Shown: positions 24,801-36,300 of the stretch, one piece after another
Layout: each line of letters starts with the position of its first letter
Position numbering within the stretch: the stretch's first letter is position 1
NCBI GenBank assembly: GCA_020891255.1
Contig: BQFW01000007.1
Coordinates: forward strand, 2,046,001 to 2,110,000
From: Entomortierella parvispora E1425
Taxonomy: Eukaryota > Fungi > Mortierellomycota
Direction of reading: 5' to 3'
Length of the DNA: 64,000 nucleotides
Position numbers and translations under genes: made by a program
The notes under the pieces: model-generated
Databases searched by the model: none
Seen by the model: only the letters and a program-made list of their open reading frames with translations
Told to the model about the DNA's origin: nothing

Positions 24801-27800
24801 TTCTGGAGTCTGGGCATACTTGGGCTTGAATGCCGATCTACATGCCCGAAGATGCACTCCTGTAGATTTCTGCTTTACATATTCGTCCGTCGATTGATCA
24901 CCGAGAATAGCCTTCACTTCCACTTCATCCATGATGCGAAGGAGGGTAGTTAAGATTGCATTCCGTTTATCCTCCAGAACCTTTGCTGAGAGCGCCGGAG
25001 GCGGTCCGTGATTATGACCATGATGTGATCCCGAAGAGAATGGCTGGTTTCCTCCCATGACAAGTCCGGCCGAGATTGGTGTTGCCGTATGGCTTGACGG
25101 GTGATGATTCAAGAACTGGTTCAAATGACTCGTGGGGACATGGTCGGGCAGCTGCAGCGGAATAGGGATCAGACCGAGTACCCAGCAGGCCTGGAGAGCC
25201 ACGATGTATTCAAGGTCCTGAGGAAACCAGAGAATAACATGATTCCCAGGTCTCAGACCGCATTTCTTATCGAGATGCATAGCATAGCCAGTTACGCGCT
25301 GATTGAACTTCTTGAAGGGGATCGACCTCAGTTCTTTCCCCCGACTATCCAGCTCCACGAAAGCCGCTTCATCTGGTTGAATGATTGTCCTCCACATCAA
25401 AATATCCGTGATACTGTGAAATCTTCCCATAGTGACATTCTCTCGCTCGTCCCTGACCTCGGGGCTCGTGATGTTGGAGGTATATTGAACGTAGCGCATA
25501 GTCGCTCCTTGTCGACGCTGTCTTTTGATAGCACACTCTGAGAGTAGAAGAAAGGGTCGATACGTTAGTCAAGTCATTTAATTGAAGAATCAAGAAGGAT
25601 GGTAATGTTTTCAATGACATACCGGGACTCCAGAAGCCTTTAATCGGTTCATCGCCACAGGGTAAAGTCGGTTTGGATGGCTTCTTCTCGCTTTGTGGTT
25701 CTGGTGCTGATGCTGGAGTTGGCACTGGAGCAGATGCTGGTACTGGCGCAGGTACTGGCGCAGGTACTGATGCAGGAACTGACGTAGGCACTGGCGCCGG
25801 AGCTGGAACATGAGCTGGAACATGAGCTGGAACATGAGCTGGAGCTGGAGCTGGAGCCTGAGCTGGAGCTGGAACCTGAGCTGGAGCCGGGGCTGGAATA
25901 GGAGCAGGGGCTGGGGTTGGAGCTGCAACTGACGCCGAGGATGACGTTGGTGGTGGAGCTGGTGCAACACATTCCTTCTGAACCTCTTGAGATATCCGTG
26001 GCGGATCAATGGCGATATCGGCGGTGGCAGGAATAACTTTTGGGGTCAATATAATGTCTCTTTGCGGCTTTTTCTTCGAACCATCACGGGATGGGTTGGC
26101 CTTGTATTGTGTCAGTGGGGTATATTGGATAGGTGCAATTGAGTAATTGGGAGTGTTGCTTCCTGCCTCCCTGGGAGCCGATGAAGTTGGAGTCATATTC
26201 AGAGAGGATGCTGATCCCTGTGCCAACAATGGCCGAGCATGAAGAGTGTTTCGAGAGGTTGCACCACCTTGATCATCCTGCAATGCCGGAGAGGCATTCT
26301 GCCGAACAGCCTTGGCCACAGGCGTCGAAGCCTGCGCGTCTGTGCTTACCAAGACGATATCCGGGTCCTTGGACAGCACTGGTGAGAGACGAACCTCAAC
26401 TCCTGCTGGCGGCACAAAGGTAGGTTTCGACTCTGGCGAAGGTGGTGTAGCTTTTGCAGCTGGGGAATTGCTGGAGTCAACGGGTATAGGTATGGGCGTT
26501 GGTGTGGTTATACCAATGTCAGAGCCGACAGGGTGAGGCGGTTGCACTGCAGGAGTGGGCCGCTGAGTTTGCTCGGTTTGACGATTCTTCAGAGGCTGCG
26601 ACTGAGGGACAGTCGAGGGTACGGGCTGAGGCTGAGGTTGTGCTGCTGGAATAGCTGCAGGTGGCGGAGGCTGACTAGACACTGCTGGCGCTGTGTCTTG
26701 AGGAGCTGTGGGGGCAGCGGCTTGGGAGTTACTGGCCGATTTTCCAAATAGGAGATCGGGATTGAGAGGCGCAAAGAGAAGCAATGGCTTATTAGAAGTA
26801 GAGTTGGAGAAGCTGGAGGGGAATGCGTCGTCCTTGGGCATATCGTCGTAGAGGAAAGAGTGTCCTGATGATTCGATGGTTGCGGGTCGGTCAAAGAGCT
26901 CTTCAGGGGTTTGATAACTCCTGGAGGCCGATGCGGGAGAGAGAGGCGTGTCTTTGACCTGTAGACTGGGTATCACTTGGACGAGTGATTGCGCGAGGAT
27001 GCTGGGCGAAGCAAGCATGCTGTTGGACCGCGCCAGCATCTGGGCATCGCTGAGTCCTTTGCCGAGTCGTTTCTTCAAGATCCGAGCCCATTCATGGTTC
27101 GGGGACGTGTATGAGGCCACAGGTTCGTCAGGGGTGTCTTCTTCAGGCTGAGGCTGACCTTCCTGGAGCTGTGCACTTGGTGGGTCCTGTGAGTGCGTGG
27201 TCTTTGGGGCTGGGCTGTCAGTGGAGATGGCGTTCTGGTTGGATGGACCCTGGACAGACAGTTTGGCGACAGCCGCATCCAAAGCATCGGCGCTGTTCTC
27301 CCGAGGACGATCCAAGGTGCTATTGCCTGCTGCGTTCGTAGCCTGTTCCGTGGGCAATGTCGACACAATGAGCTTCGAGGCCGCCTCTAGAGCGGGATCG
27401 CTGATGAGCTCATGCCTAACATCGTTGTCGTTGTTGTCATTCTCGTCGTCATCGCCCAGCTCCGATCGGTGGTCTTCGCCATTGTCCAGCTGGGATCGTT
27501 CCTGGGCGTTCGAGTCTATCTCGGACTCGTTATCGCGTTGCATCGCGATGGCGTTGTCATTCTCTTCCTCGTCCACGTCGTCGTCACCGTGGATAGAGTC
27601 ATGGGCTGCTGCCACTGCCGATGCCTTTGGGGCAGGAGCATTGTCGGTCTTTAGGTCCTGGCTTGTCCCTGACTCGCCTGCCGCGTCTGTGCTTGGTCCT
27701 GTTCCTGTTCCTGTTCCTGCTCCTGCCAACAACCCTGTCCCTACGCTTTTGTCTTCCTCGGCACCAACAGCTGCTGTCGTGTCCATGTTGACATTCGCCG

Positions 27801-28116
27801 CATCTGGTGTGCCCGGCTTTGCGTCTGGTATACTGGGCGTGGCTGCAGTGGAGGGCGGCAATGGAGTTGTTGTAGGCAGCACAGCCATCCTTGAAGATGA
27901 ATCTTTGGCTGAAGCAGTGGAGTCAGGCACAGGGGCATTGACCTCTGGCATTGGCGCGCGTTTGGATTCAGTTAATGGAGCGGCCTCGTGGGTATCGGGT
28001 TTTGGGGCCATGGATTTGATGTCTGGCTCTGCCGATGGTGCAGCATTGTCCTTTGTTGCGGATGTGGTCGATGCAGAAGCAGAAGCGGAGGCAGGGGCCA
28101 TGTCGACCGCGGACAT
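21856..28116 (-). CDS. DIP2/CMR2-like protein: long disordered N-terminus, one FAAL-like adenylate-forming domain, disordered C-tail
   Basis: ATG at 28116 (MSAVDMAP; an upstream extension is possible). Intron ~25539-25622 gives WSP|ECAIKRQ. The domain contains SITDILMWRT, GLRPGNHVILWF...LQACWVLGLIPIP, IAIVHPETMEVCNANQIGEIWV, RYVRTGDLGFL and LFVLG...HF..DVETTIE. Intron at ~23000-23084 leads to the last exon ending RKAGLP*. Confidence 0.8.
25700..25935 (-). repeat. Coding Pro-Ala-rich tandem repeats (6- and 12-bp units)
   Basis: GAGCTGGAACAT x3, GAGCTG runs and GTACTGGCGCAG x2 on the + strand encode PAPAPAHVPAHVPAHVPAPAP... on the - strand. Confidence 0.85.
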
Positions 28117-29532
28117 TCGATGAAATGAAACGTATTCAGGGCTGGCGAAAAAGAGCAGAGAAGACGCGTGGTTATTCAAAGAAGCAGGGCTCGAGGAGAA
28201 AGAAAGAAGCGAGAAAGAGTAGCCCTGAAAGCTGGGGGTATGCTGGGGGTAGATGGAGGGAGGGAGAGAGATGGACGGGAAAAGGAGGAACAAGGAGAAG
28301 GGATGATGACGGAGGGATGATGAATAGAGCAGCAACAATAAATACAACAATCCAATTGAGAGGAAAGAGAAAGAAAAGGGACGAAACGGCAGCAAGGAAG
28401 AAGCGGAACAAGCGACAACGACCGTGGCCGTGCAACTCTCTTTTTCTTCGTTTTTGCTCTTCTCCTGGACAGTCTCGACGCCTTGGGCGCGCGCGGTCGT
28501 GCCTCGTTGTCAGTGCTGCCGACGTTGTCAACGTTGTCGCTGTCGTTGCCATTGTCTTTTTTTCTCCATCCTCTCCCCCACCCTCTCTTCCTCAGACGCT
28601 GCCCATTCCATGTGGATACCTTCTTTAGGGCTCGTTCTTTCACATGCGCAGGAATGGCTACCATCATTGTTGGCGACGTTGTTGGTCTTTGGGGCCCTGT
28701 CTATTGTCTGTTCTGCTCACCACGCCCCGCTAGTCTGATCTTTCATCTCCACCAGAGCCCACTCAAATTCTGTTGCTTTGCTTCGGACTGTGTCCTTCAA
28801 GGTTGCAATCACCATATCAGTGCAAGTGTACTTTCATGTTCTTTTATTCTTCTTTTTGCCCACCACTGCTTTTTCGTGATTTCTTGGTTTTAAGACAATC
28901 TTGTGTTCCCATGTCGTTTTTCTTGGCTCGGATCCTCAAAGAACGCGTGTTGGGATCCCAATCATTCCCTCCCTCCCTTCTCCCCCCTTCTCTCTCAAGA
29001 ATCTGTCTATCGAACTGGGCAGTTCCTCAAACTTACAGTTCTTGACACTGCATGCAACAGCCGCCTGATCATCCAAAAATCCTACTTCTTGGACGGGTGA
29101 TGCTGCATCTTGATGGAGCACATCCTTTCCTCTTTGCTGTCTGTGTCACTATGTCCAGTTTTTTTAACAGTGAAGTCTCTCTGCCATCTTAAAGCGGCTA
29201 AACCCCTCACGTTCATGATCATTTCTATTTTTATAGGATCTAGCGGGCCAAAAAAAAAAAAAGAAAAACGCGTTTTCTACGCGTCATCCAAACTGATCAT
29301 TCAAGATGGATGAGTTTTCAATCAAGAAACGTGCCTTTTCGTCTTTCCAGTAAGGTCAATCGCGCCTTTCAAGCCTGTTTAATTTCATCATTCAGTCAGG
29401 GGCAAGGAGACACCAGACACAATCTACATAACAACAACGAGACTTGGATAGGTTTGTTTGGGTGAAAAAAAAAAAAAAAAAAAAACAGTTGGACTACATA
29501 CAATTCTATCAAGCTGTACTTTCGGTGGACGC

Positions 29533-32500
29533 TCATGTTGACAGAACCCTTGATTTTTTCTCCTTGCCTGCCAATTCATCGTCGTCATCTTCATCGTCGT
29601 CTACTTCTAAAACGGTGTCTTCGGTGATGGGACAAAGATCTGCACTTGGCCTACGACTGTGTTGAAGCACATGAGCTGGATCAAGTAGTTGACCGACTCC
29701 ATCTCCATTCTTGTTTCGTACAAGGCTTTCGTCAATGTCTCTGGGCATGCTTTCTGTGAAATGGATCTGCTTCAACAGTCCAGAATCCCCGGTACTATGC
29801 CTCACCGTAGCCTCAGTCAAATGTGCGCTAGGGTTGGTCAAGTCGCCAAAGTCACTGCTGCCACTGCTGCCACTGCTGCCACTGCTATGGAGTTGGTGGA
29901 TGTCAGTGATAGAACCAGACCTGGGCAAAGTTGTTCCAGACGCTATGCCGACGACGGATAATTCCCCCTGAAGTTGGCTGACAGAAAGGTGGGCCGACAG
30001 TGCTGAAGAGATATTACCAGACTCAATCTCGCTGTCACTCTCCTCAGCATTATCGTCATCATGGTGTTCCGCTACTCCTTCAGCATCGAGGGGAGCTGCA
30101 TCGTCATTTTCATGATCGTCTTCGTCCTCTTGCTCCTCGTCATTGGATCCTGGTTCTTGCTCGACCAGAGCTCGGTTCCTACTTTTTTCTTTGACGGCCT
30201 CAAAGTCCAACTCTTCAAGTAATGCTCCTTCAAATAGGTATGTATTTGGCTCCATGAATGACCATGCAGCACGACCACCTGTCCCAGATCCATCTGCATT
30301 TGTGTTTGTCTCCATGTCGGGGACATTGGATGTGCCTCCAGGAAGCTTTTGGTGTTTTAGCTCCCATCCTGCCATCCGACATAACTCTGCGACGATCGTA
30401 TCACAATTTCCCAAAAGCTGAACATCAAACGCCATCTGATAATTGGGTGTACGGTTGATGAGGATCTGCGGTACTGAGTTTGGTAATTGATCTAGTCATT
30501 TGGAACACAAAATAAGGTCAGAATGATAGAGCCTGTCAAAGCGGCCGGAACTCGAAACGATCAGAGGGGCAGCTTACGCATGATGTCGCTCACCGGGGCA
30601 ACTTTCAAACTACTGCCAATCACAATCAAAAGATCAACCTCTTGCTTGTCTTCTTTCAAGCGTTGATCGAATACTGGCGGAAGCTTTTCTCCAAAAAATA
30701 CAATATCCGGCTTCATCAATGCGGGGTGTCTGTCTTCATCCTCAGATTCATCCTCATCTGAAGACGAGTATCGACCCTTGGGCTTGTTTTTTCTCGGAGG
30801 TGGGGTAGGTTTCTTGCATCGTGTGCAATAGGCAACTTCTTGTTTGAAAATGGACTCCTTGATGTCGTCGCCCTTCACCTGGAAGCCGCAGCGGACACAA
30901 CTTGCTGTGGCAAATGAGCCTATTTTGTTGGATTTTTTTTGAAGAGTATAAGTTTGGTGGAACAAACAACATCTCCAGCGAGTTCCTGGCATATGCAAAG
31001 TCAACTTACCGTGGCACTGAAGGACGCGTTCAATACCTGCTTGTTGCTCAAGAGCATCGATGTTTTGAGCATAGTTTCGCAGCAGCTTGCCCTTGTCCTC
31101 CAAGAGCTTGATGAAATAGTGACTGGGGCTTGGCACAAAGTTACTCGGGAAAATCTCTCGAGCAAACGAGTAAAAGATCTCTGGTCGCTCTCTGAAAAAG
31201 TCAAGGTCAAACATTTGCTGTGGATCGTCCAGCTCGAACTCGGATAGGCGTGAATAAATGCCATCTTCAGATCTGAAATCCGGTATGCCACAAGAGACTG
31301 ACACGCCAGCGCCAGTGAGAACCATGATTTTTTTCGAAGTTTTGAGGAGGTCCACTACGGCTTCGAGACTGTGGATGTGTTCCAGGCGTTTGCGCCTCCT
31401 GATAAATCTCTTCAGTTGCTGCTGCATTGCTCGAATTACATCGTTTTCTGTAAAGCCCTCTGGAATTTCAATCTTCTAAACAGCCGAATTAATGTCAATA
31501 ATTATGGCTAATGCCACATATCATTCCTTTGATAGCTGAAAACGTTTGAAGAGTCCATACCTGTCCTGGAATAGTCATCAGCAACATTTTCTTGGCCGAC
31601 ATGAGTCCCGAGAGGATGTATTTCTGAATAATATAGGAGATCCCTGTGGCACACAGCGCAAAAAGTCGTTGTGAGTAAAATGAGGAAACACACAAAAATT
31701 ACACTGTTCAGAATTCGACCTACCATGCACCCTGGCTTCGTCCATGATAACCTCGGTCTCTTCGTCTGTCAATCGATCCAGGCACAAAGGATCAGGATCC
31801 TCGTACGGACTACCCTCAGATTCCACGTCAGAGTCCACCATTCCATGGTACTCTACATCAATATCGTCCATAGAGTCGCTATCGTAGGCATCACTGTCAG
31901 ATCCATATGCCTGCTCAAACGTCTGATCGGGCTCTTTCACTTCGCGAACATCCTCTTGCATCAGGACTTCGGCGATGCTTGAGTGCTGTGGTGCTTCCTC
32001 ATCAGAGCTAATAATCATAGCCCCGGTGGGTGGAGATCGACTCTCCGCTGGGTCTGTCGTGTCAAGATGTGGACTAGCCTGGCGAGATCCCGGTCTGCTG
32101 GTAATAACGCCCATAACGCGGTCTCCGGTATGGTCGTGTGGTGATGTTGGTGTTGGTGTTCCTAGATTCAAGTTGCCAAGAGAGTTCTCGCCTGGCTTTG
32201 ACAGGCTTTCGAGGATGGCCGTGGCACTATGCCTCAGGACTGGATAATCTGCTCCGCTGACTCCACTGTGCATGTCTGGGTTTGAGTTGGACGGATTTGC
32301 CACTCGTGTCGCGTCAACAAAAGAGCCAGCGGTTTGACGACGGATATTTGCATCCGCGTCTTTGAACGCTGTCATCATGCTGTCGTTCTGCGGTTGAAGT
32401 ACCGGGGAGGTCTTTGATTTCTTTGAAGGAGGCAGGGATGGATGGTGGCCACTGACGCCGTCGTGATCGAGAATCTCTGCGTCGTGGTCGTCGGTCCTCT

Positions 32501-32702
32501 TCTTGTTCACGGGCGAATCTGGCCTGCTTGTGGAGACATCGAGGGGCACTTGGAGGGATCTGTTCTCGTCGACTGTGGTGCGTGTGGTATCACTGCTATG
32601 CAACGAGCGATCCTCTTCCTGAGCAGGGAGAGCCGACACTGAGTGAGCCTGAGGCCGGGACGCGTCTGCGTGGGTGCTCACGTCTAATGGGCGCTGTGAC
32701 AT
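29533..32702 (-). CDS. SIR2: NAD-dependent protein deacetylase, class I sirtuin (Sir2/Hst1/SIRT1 type)
   Basis: GAGVSVSCGIPDFRS, PSPSHYFI, NYAQNIDALE, QCHG|SFATASCVRC (intron ~30921-31008), CTRC, KPDIVFFGE, LLIVIGSSLKVAPV and FDVQLLGNCD. ATG at 32702 (MSQRPLD). Confidence 0.95.
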
Positions 32703-32923
32703 GGATTGAAGGTCCCGAGAGGACGATGAGCTGCGAATGAAAAGAAGCAAGGAACGAGGGATTGGATTACGACGTGGATTATGTTAGAGTAAGAAGGGAA
32801 GCGCAGGAAGGGACACAGGAAGGGACGAAGGAGCGAAGGGAGGCAGGAAGGAGACAGAGGATCGATGGAGATTGGGGGGAAAGATGGATGATGAAAGGGA
32901 GAAAGGGGGGTGGAGCGCTAATG

Positions 32924-32995
32924 GAACTGAGCTGAACTGAGCTGAACTGAACTGAATTGAACTGAATTATTGAATTGAACTCCATCGAATTGAAT
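32924..32995. repeat. Degenerate 5-bp repeat (TGAAC/TGAAT/TGAGC)n in the divergent SIR2/RhoGAP promoter
   Basis: gaactgagctgaactgagctgaactgaactgaattgaactgaattattgaattgaac... Confidence 0.85.
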
Positions 32996-33075
32996 GGATG
33001 CGACACATTGGCCGATTCATTCAATGAATTAATTGACAGAACAACGAGTGCTTGCTTGACTGCGTCCGTCTCTTC

Positions 33076-33111
<36 letters not shown>
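33076..33111. repeat. (GTCT)9 microsatellite
   Basis: Nine perfect GTCT units. Confidence 0.95.
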
Positions 33112-33114
<3 letters not shown>

Positions 33115-33326
33115 CATCCCCTCTGGCTTGCCTTCTCCCCTTCGCTCGCTGTCTCCCTCTCCTCTCTTTCTTTTCTTCCCGTCATCCCCTTCACATCCAT
33201 CCATCCAATCCTTCCGTCCCTCTTGCTCTCTTTCTCTCCTCCCCCTCTCCCCGCTCTTTCCTTTCGCCCTCCGCGTCTCATTCTCATCCACACGCCCAAA
33301 CCCATCTCCACCCCTTCCCGCACGCA

Positions 33327-36300
33327 ATGCAGTGGGCCATTGCTGAATGGGACTACCTTGCGACCCATGAGGACGAACTTGTAAAGTGCAGCCATTTCTT
33401 TTTCTCCTTTCCTCACTGTACCTACCCGTTTAGGCTCACTCACCTCTTGACACCATATCTCTCATAGTCCTTTCGCAAGGGAGATCACATTTTGATTCAG
33501 GACAGGTCCCACGACGAATGGTAAGCATGGACACCTTTTGCATCGCAGAAAGATCGTCCGTTGCACTTCTTGTTATATGCCTTTCCTCGACCTCGCCCAT
33601 ATCTGATCCAACAGCCTCGACAACAGAAAAGATCACAGCAGGAGCACTCTCACTGCTCCTTCACCGGCCACGCTCTTGAGACTCACGACCAGCCCAACTC
33701 TCGGCCAAAGAACAACCAGCCCGAGATAGAAAGAGCAGGGAACGAGAGAGACAGTCTGCCTTAAACGGAAAGCATTCTGGTTGTCATGCAACCAGCACTC
33801 TACTGACTAATGTCTTTTTTTGTTTCCTCTCGTCTGGACATTGTCCCCTATGATGTCCTGCCACGTTGATCCTGCTCTCACCTGCCATGCTTTCCTGCAT
33901 CCCCATCCACGCCCATGCCTCATGGTCCGGTCTTGATCACCTGTGACCATTCTCTACAGGTGGGAAGGTATGTCCTCGAAAGCGTGTGGTTGCAGTTGAC
34001 CATGCCAGCGTGCTGGCGTGCTGGCCACAACCAGTTGATTTGATGACCGTCCGTGTTGTGTTTTGTGCGCATGTGCCTAACTCTGCGTCTTTTCATTTTG
34101 TTTTTCTCAACAGGCGATTGCAATGGCCTCTCGGGGGTGTTCCCCGCCAACAGGTGCAGGTTGTTGAAAGGTACGAGGACCTGTCCCATGGGAACTGGGA
34201 TGTTTGTCACACGCTTAAATTGCATTAAATCTCATGGATGATTGTGATTGACCGGGTCTCTCTCTCTCTCTCCCGTCACATCCACTTTCTACTCAGAACA
34301 CGAGGACGAGACTAGCTTCAGTCCTGCGACCAGTGAGGCATCAGAAGTCCGGCAGCCCCAGCAAATGCCACTTTCTCCACGCCCCCAGAGCCGCTACTCT
34401 CAACAGGGACTCGCCGCCCCCGTGCTGGATTCTATTCAGATGCAAGATCAGGCTCAGGATCAGTTTCGGGATCAAGGGGAAAACAACGGCCACAACCCGA
34501 GTGACGACGGCTTTGGGAATGCCGATGGACATGAGCATGAAACCAGTGACGCCACATCTTCGGCCTCGGCTCTTCCCGTCCACGACGAGCTGCAGCAGCA
34601 CCACCAGCGCGACTCTCACGCGTCGCATGCGCTCACATCTCCGCCACCAGAGCCCGTGGAGGAGATCTCGGATGCAGAAGAGGCTGTCCTGCTCCCGCCC
34701 AATTGGAGTGCCACAACCAATGCCTCAGGTCGACTTTACTACTACAATGTCTTGACCAAGGAAACATCCTGGAAGATGCCTAGTGCGCCCATGGCTACCC
34801 ATCGATCCATTCAGCAGGAGCTTGGTCAGAGCACTCATTACGCAGAGGTGCTTGCGCCCGATAACGATCTCGATGATTTAGGCGAAGAGCCTCTGCCTGA
34901 CGGTTGGAATAGCGCTCAAGGTAAAGAAAAAGAGGAAAAAACAACAACCCTATAGTATTGTGTGAGGTCGATGTATGGCTACTGAAGGTGTACGTGGGTC
35001 TCTATTCTTATATTCTTCCAAAATTGCTATAGACGAAGACGGCTCTAAATACTTTTTCAACGAGACTACAGGAGAGGCGACTTGGGATAGGCCCATGAGT
35101 CCCGATCTTCACCAGAACAGCGTCTTCCAATCCGCTGTTCTCCCAGAATCATCCACGGGACAGATGGACGGCAGTACCGCTCCAACCTCTGGTAATACCC
35201 AATCAAGCGCCGCATCTGCGCCCCGGGTGACCCCAAAGAGACAAGTCTCTGTGGATGAAAACATGCTACAGAGCCAGTTGCTAGGACTAAGTCTAACAGA
35301 CGAAGAACTTCATGCTCTTGTAAGTGGGAAAGAATGTTCTCTAGGCTCCTGTCGGATGCAAAGGTGGCGGAGCGAAGCACCAAGGTTGAGGGAGCAAGGT
35401 CGCAAAAACTCACTGATGTTGGCATTTTTTTCTTTGTTCTTAGGAACTGAATCAATTACCTACAGAAAACATTCAACGGAAAGGATCCCTTCGAGTCAAA
35501 TCCCAAAAAGTCACAACCAACGCCACCATTAGCTCATGGAAGGATTATTGGGTGGTGGTTTACAAGGGCTTCTTGTTGTTTTACAGGGACGACAGTGGTT
35601 CGATCAAGAGTGCATATTCTTTGAAGACTTCAGCCGACTCGATGTCAAAGTTTAAACATGCGACGCAAGTCAAACTTTCGGGATGCTTTGACTCTGACAA
35701 GATCTCGGTCGAGATCCCAACAGCCAGCCAGGGTCTGACAAAGAAGAAGAATGTCTTTACAATCACCCCTGGAACCACGGTTCGGCTTTTGATCCAGGAT
35801 GCATCAGGAACCGATGAACGAGGTTGGGTAAAGGATATAAAGTCTTCGCTTGCCAGCCGTCAAGCCGACGAGCTCACAGGATCAGAAGAGCCTTGTAAGT
35901 GGGGTTGAAGGCACTGTTGTTTTGCGATGCATGCATTCACACACTCTCTTCTACTATATTTACATTTTTTTCTTTCTTTTTAACTCTAGATTTGATTCAG
36001 ATTCTCAAGAGACAGACGTCAGGCGGCGGAGAGACCTCTGGCTTGAAGATGAACAAGAAAATCGAGGGAAAAGATTTAAAGGTGTCCAAGAACCCACTCA
36101 AGATCGAAAAGGGTCGCGGGATTCGATCGATGGTGGCCCAGGGCATCCATGTACCCAGGAGGAAATCTGCTCAGGACGAGAAGTTGCGCTTGCCAGAGGT
36201 TGACAATCATTCCGTTGCGGCAACGAACCAAAGCGCTGGTGACAGTCCAAGGCAACATCAGCAGCAGTCTGCCTCTCCATCTCTATCCTCGCCACAATCA

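Noticed and set aside
27197-28123. 308-aa + strand ORF, and similar antisense ORFs at 16299-18424 and 38041-38893
   Set aside because: These are antisense to low-complexity or coiled-coil exons. Their compositions (poly-L, poly-V, poly-S) mirror the sense-strand repeats.
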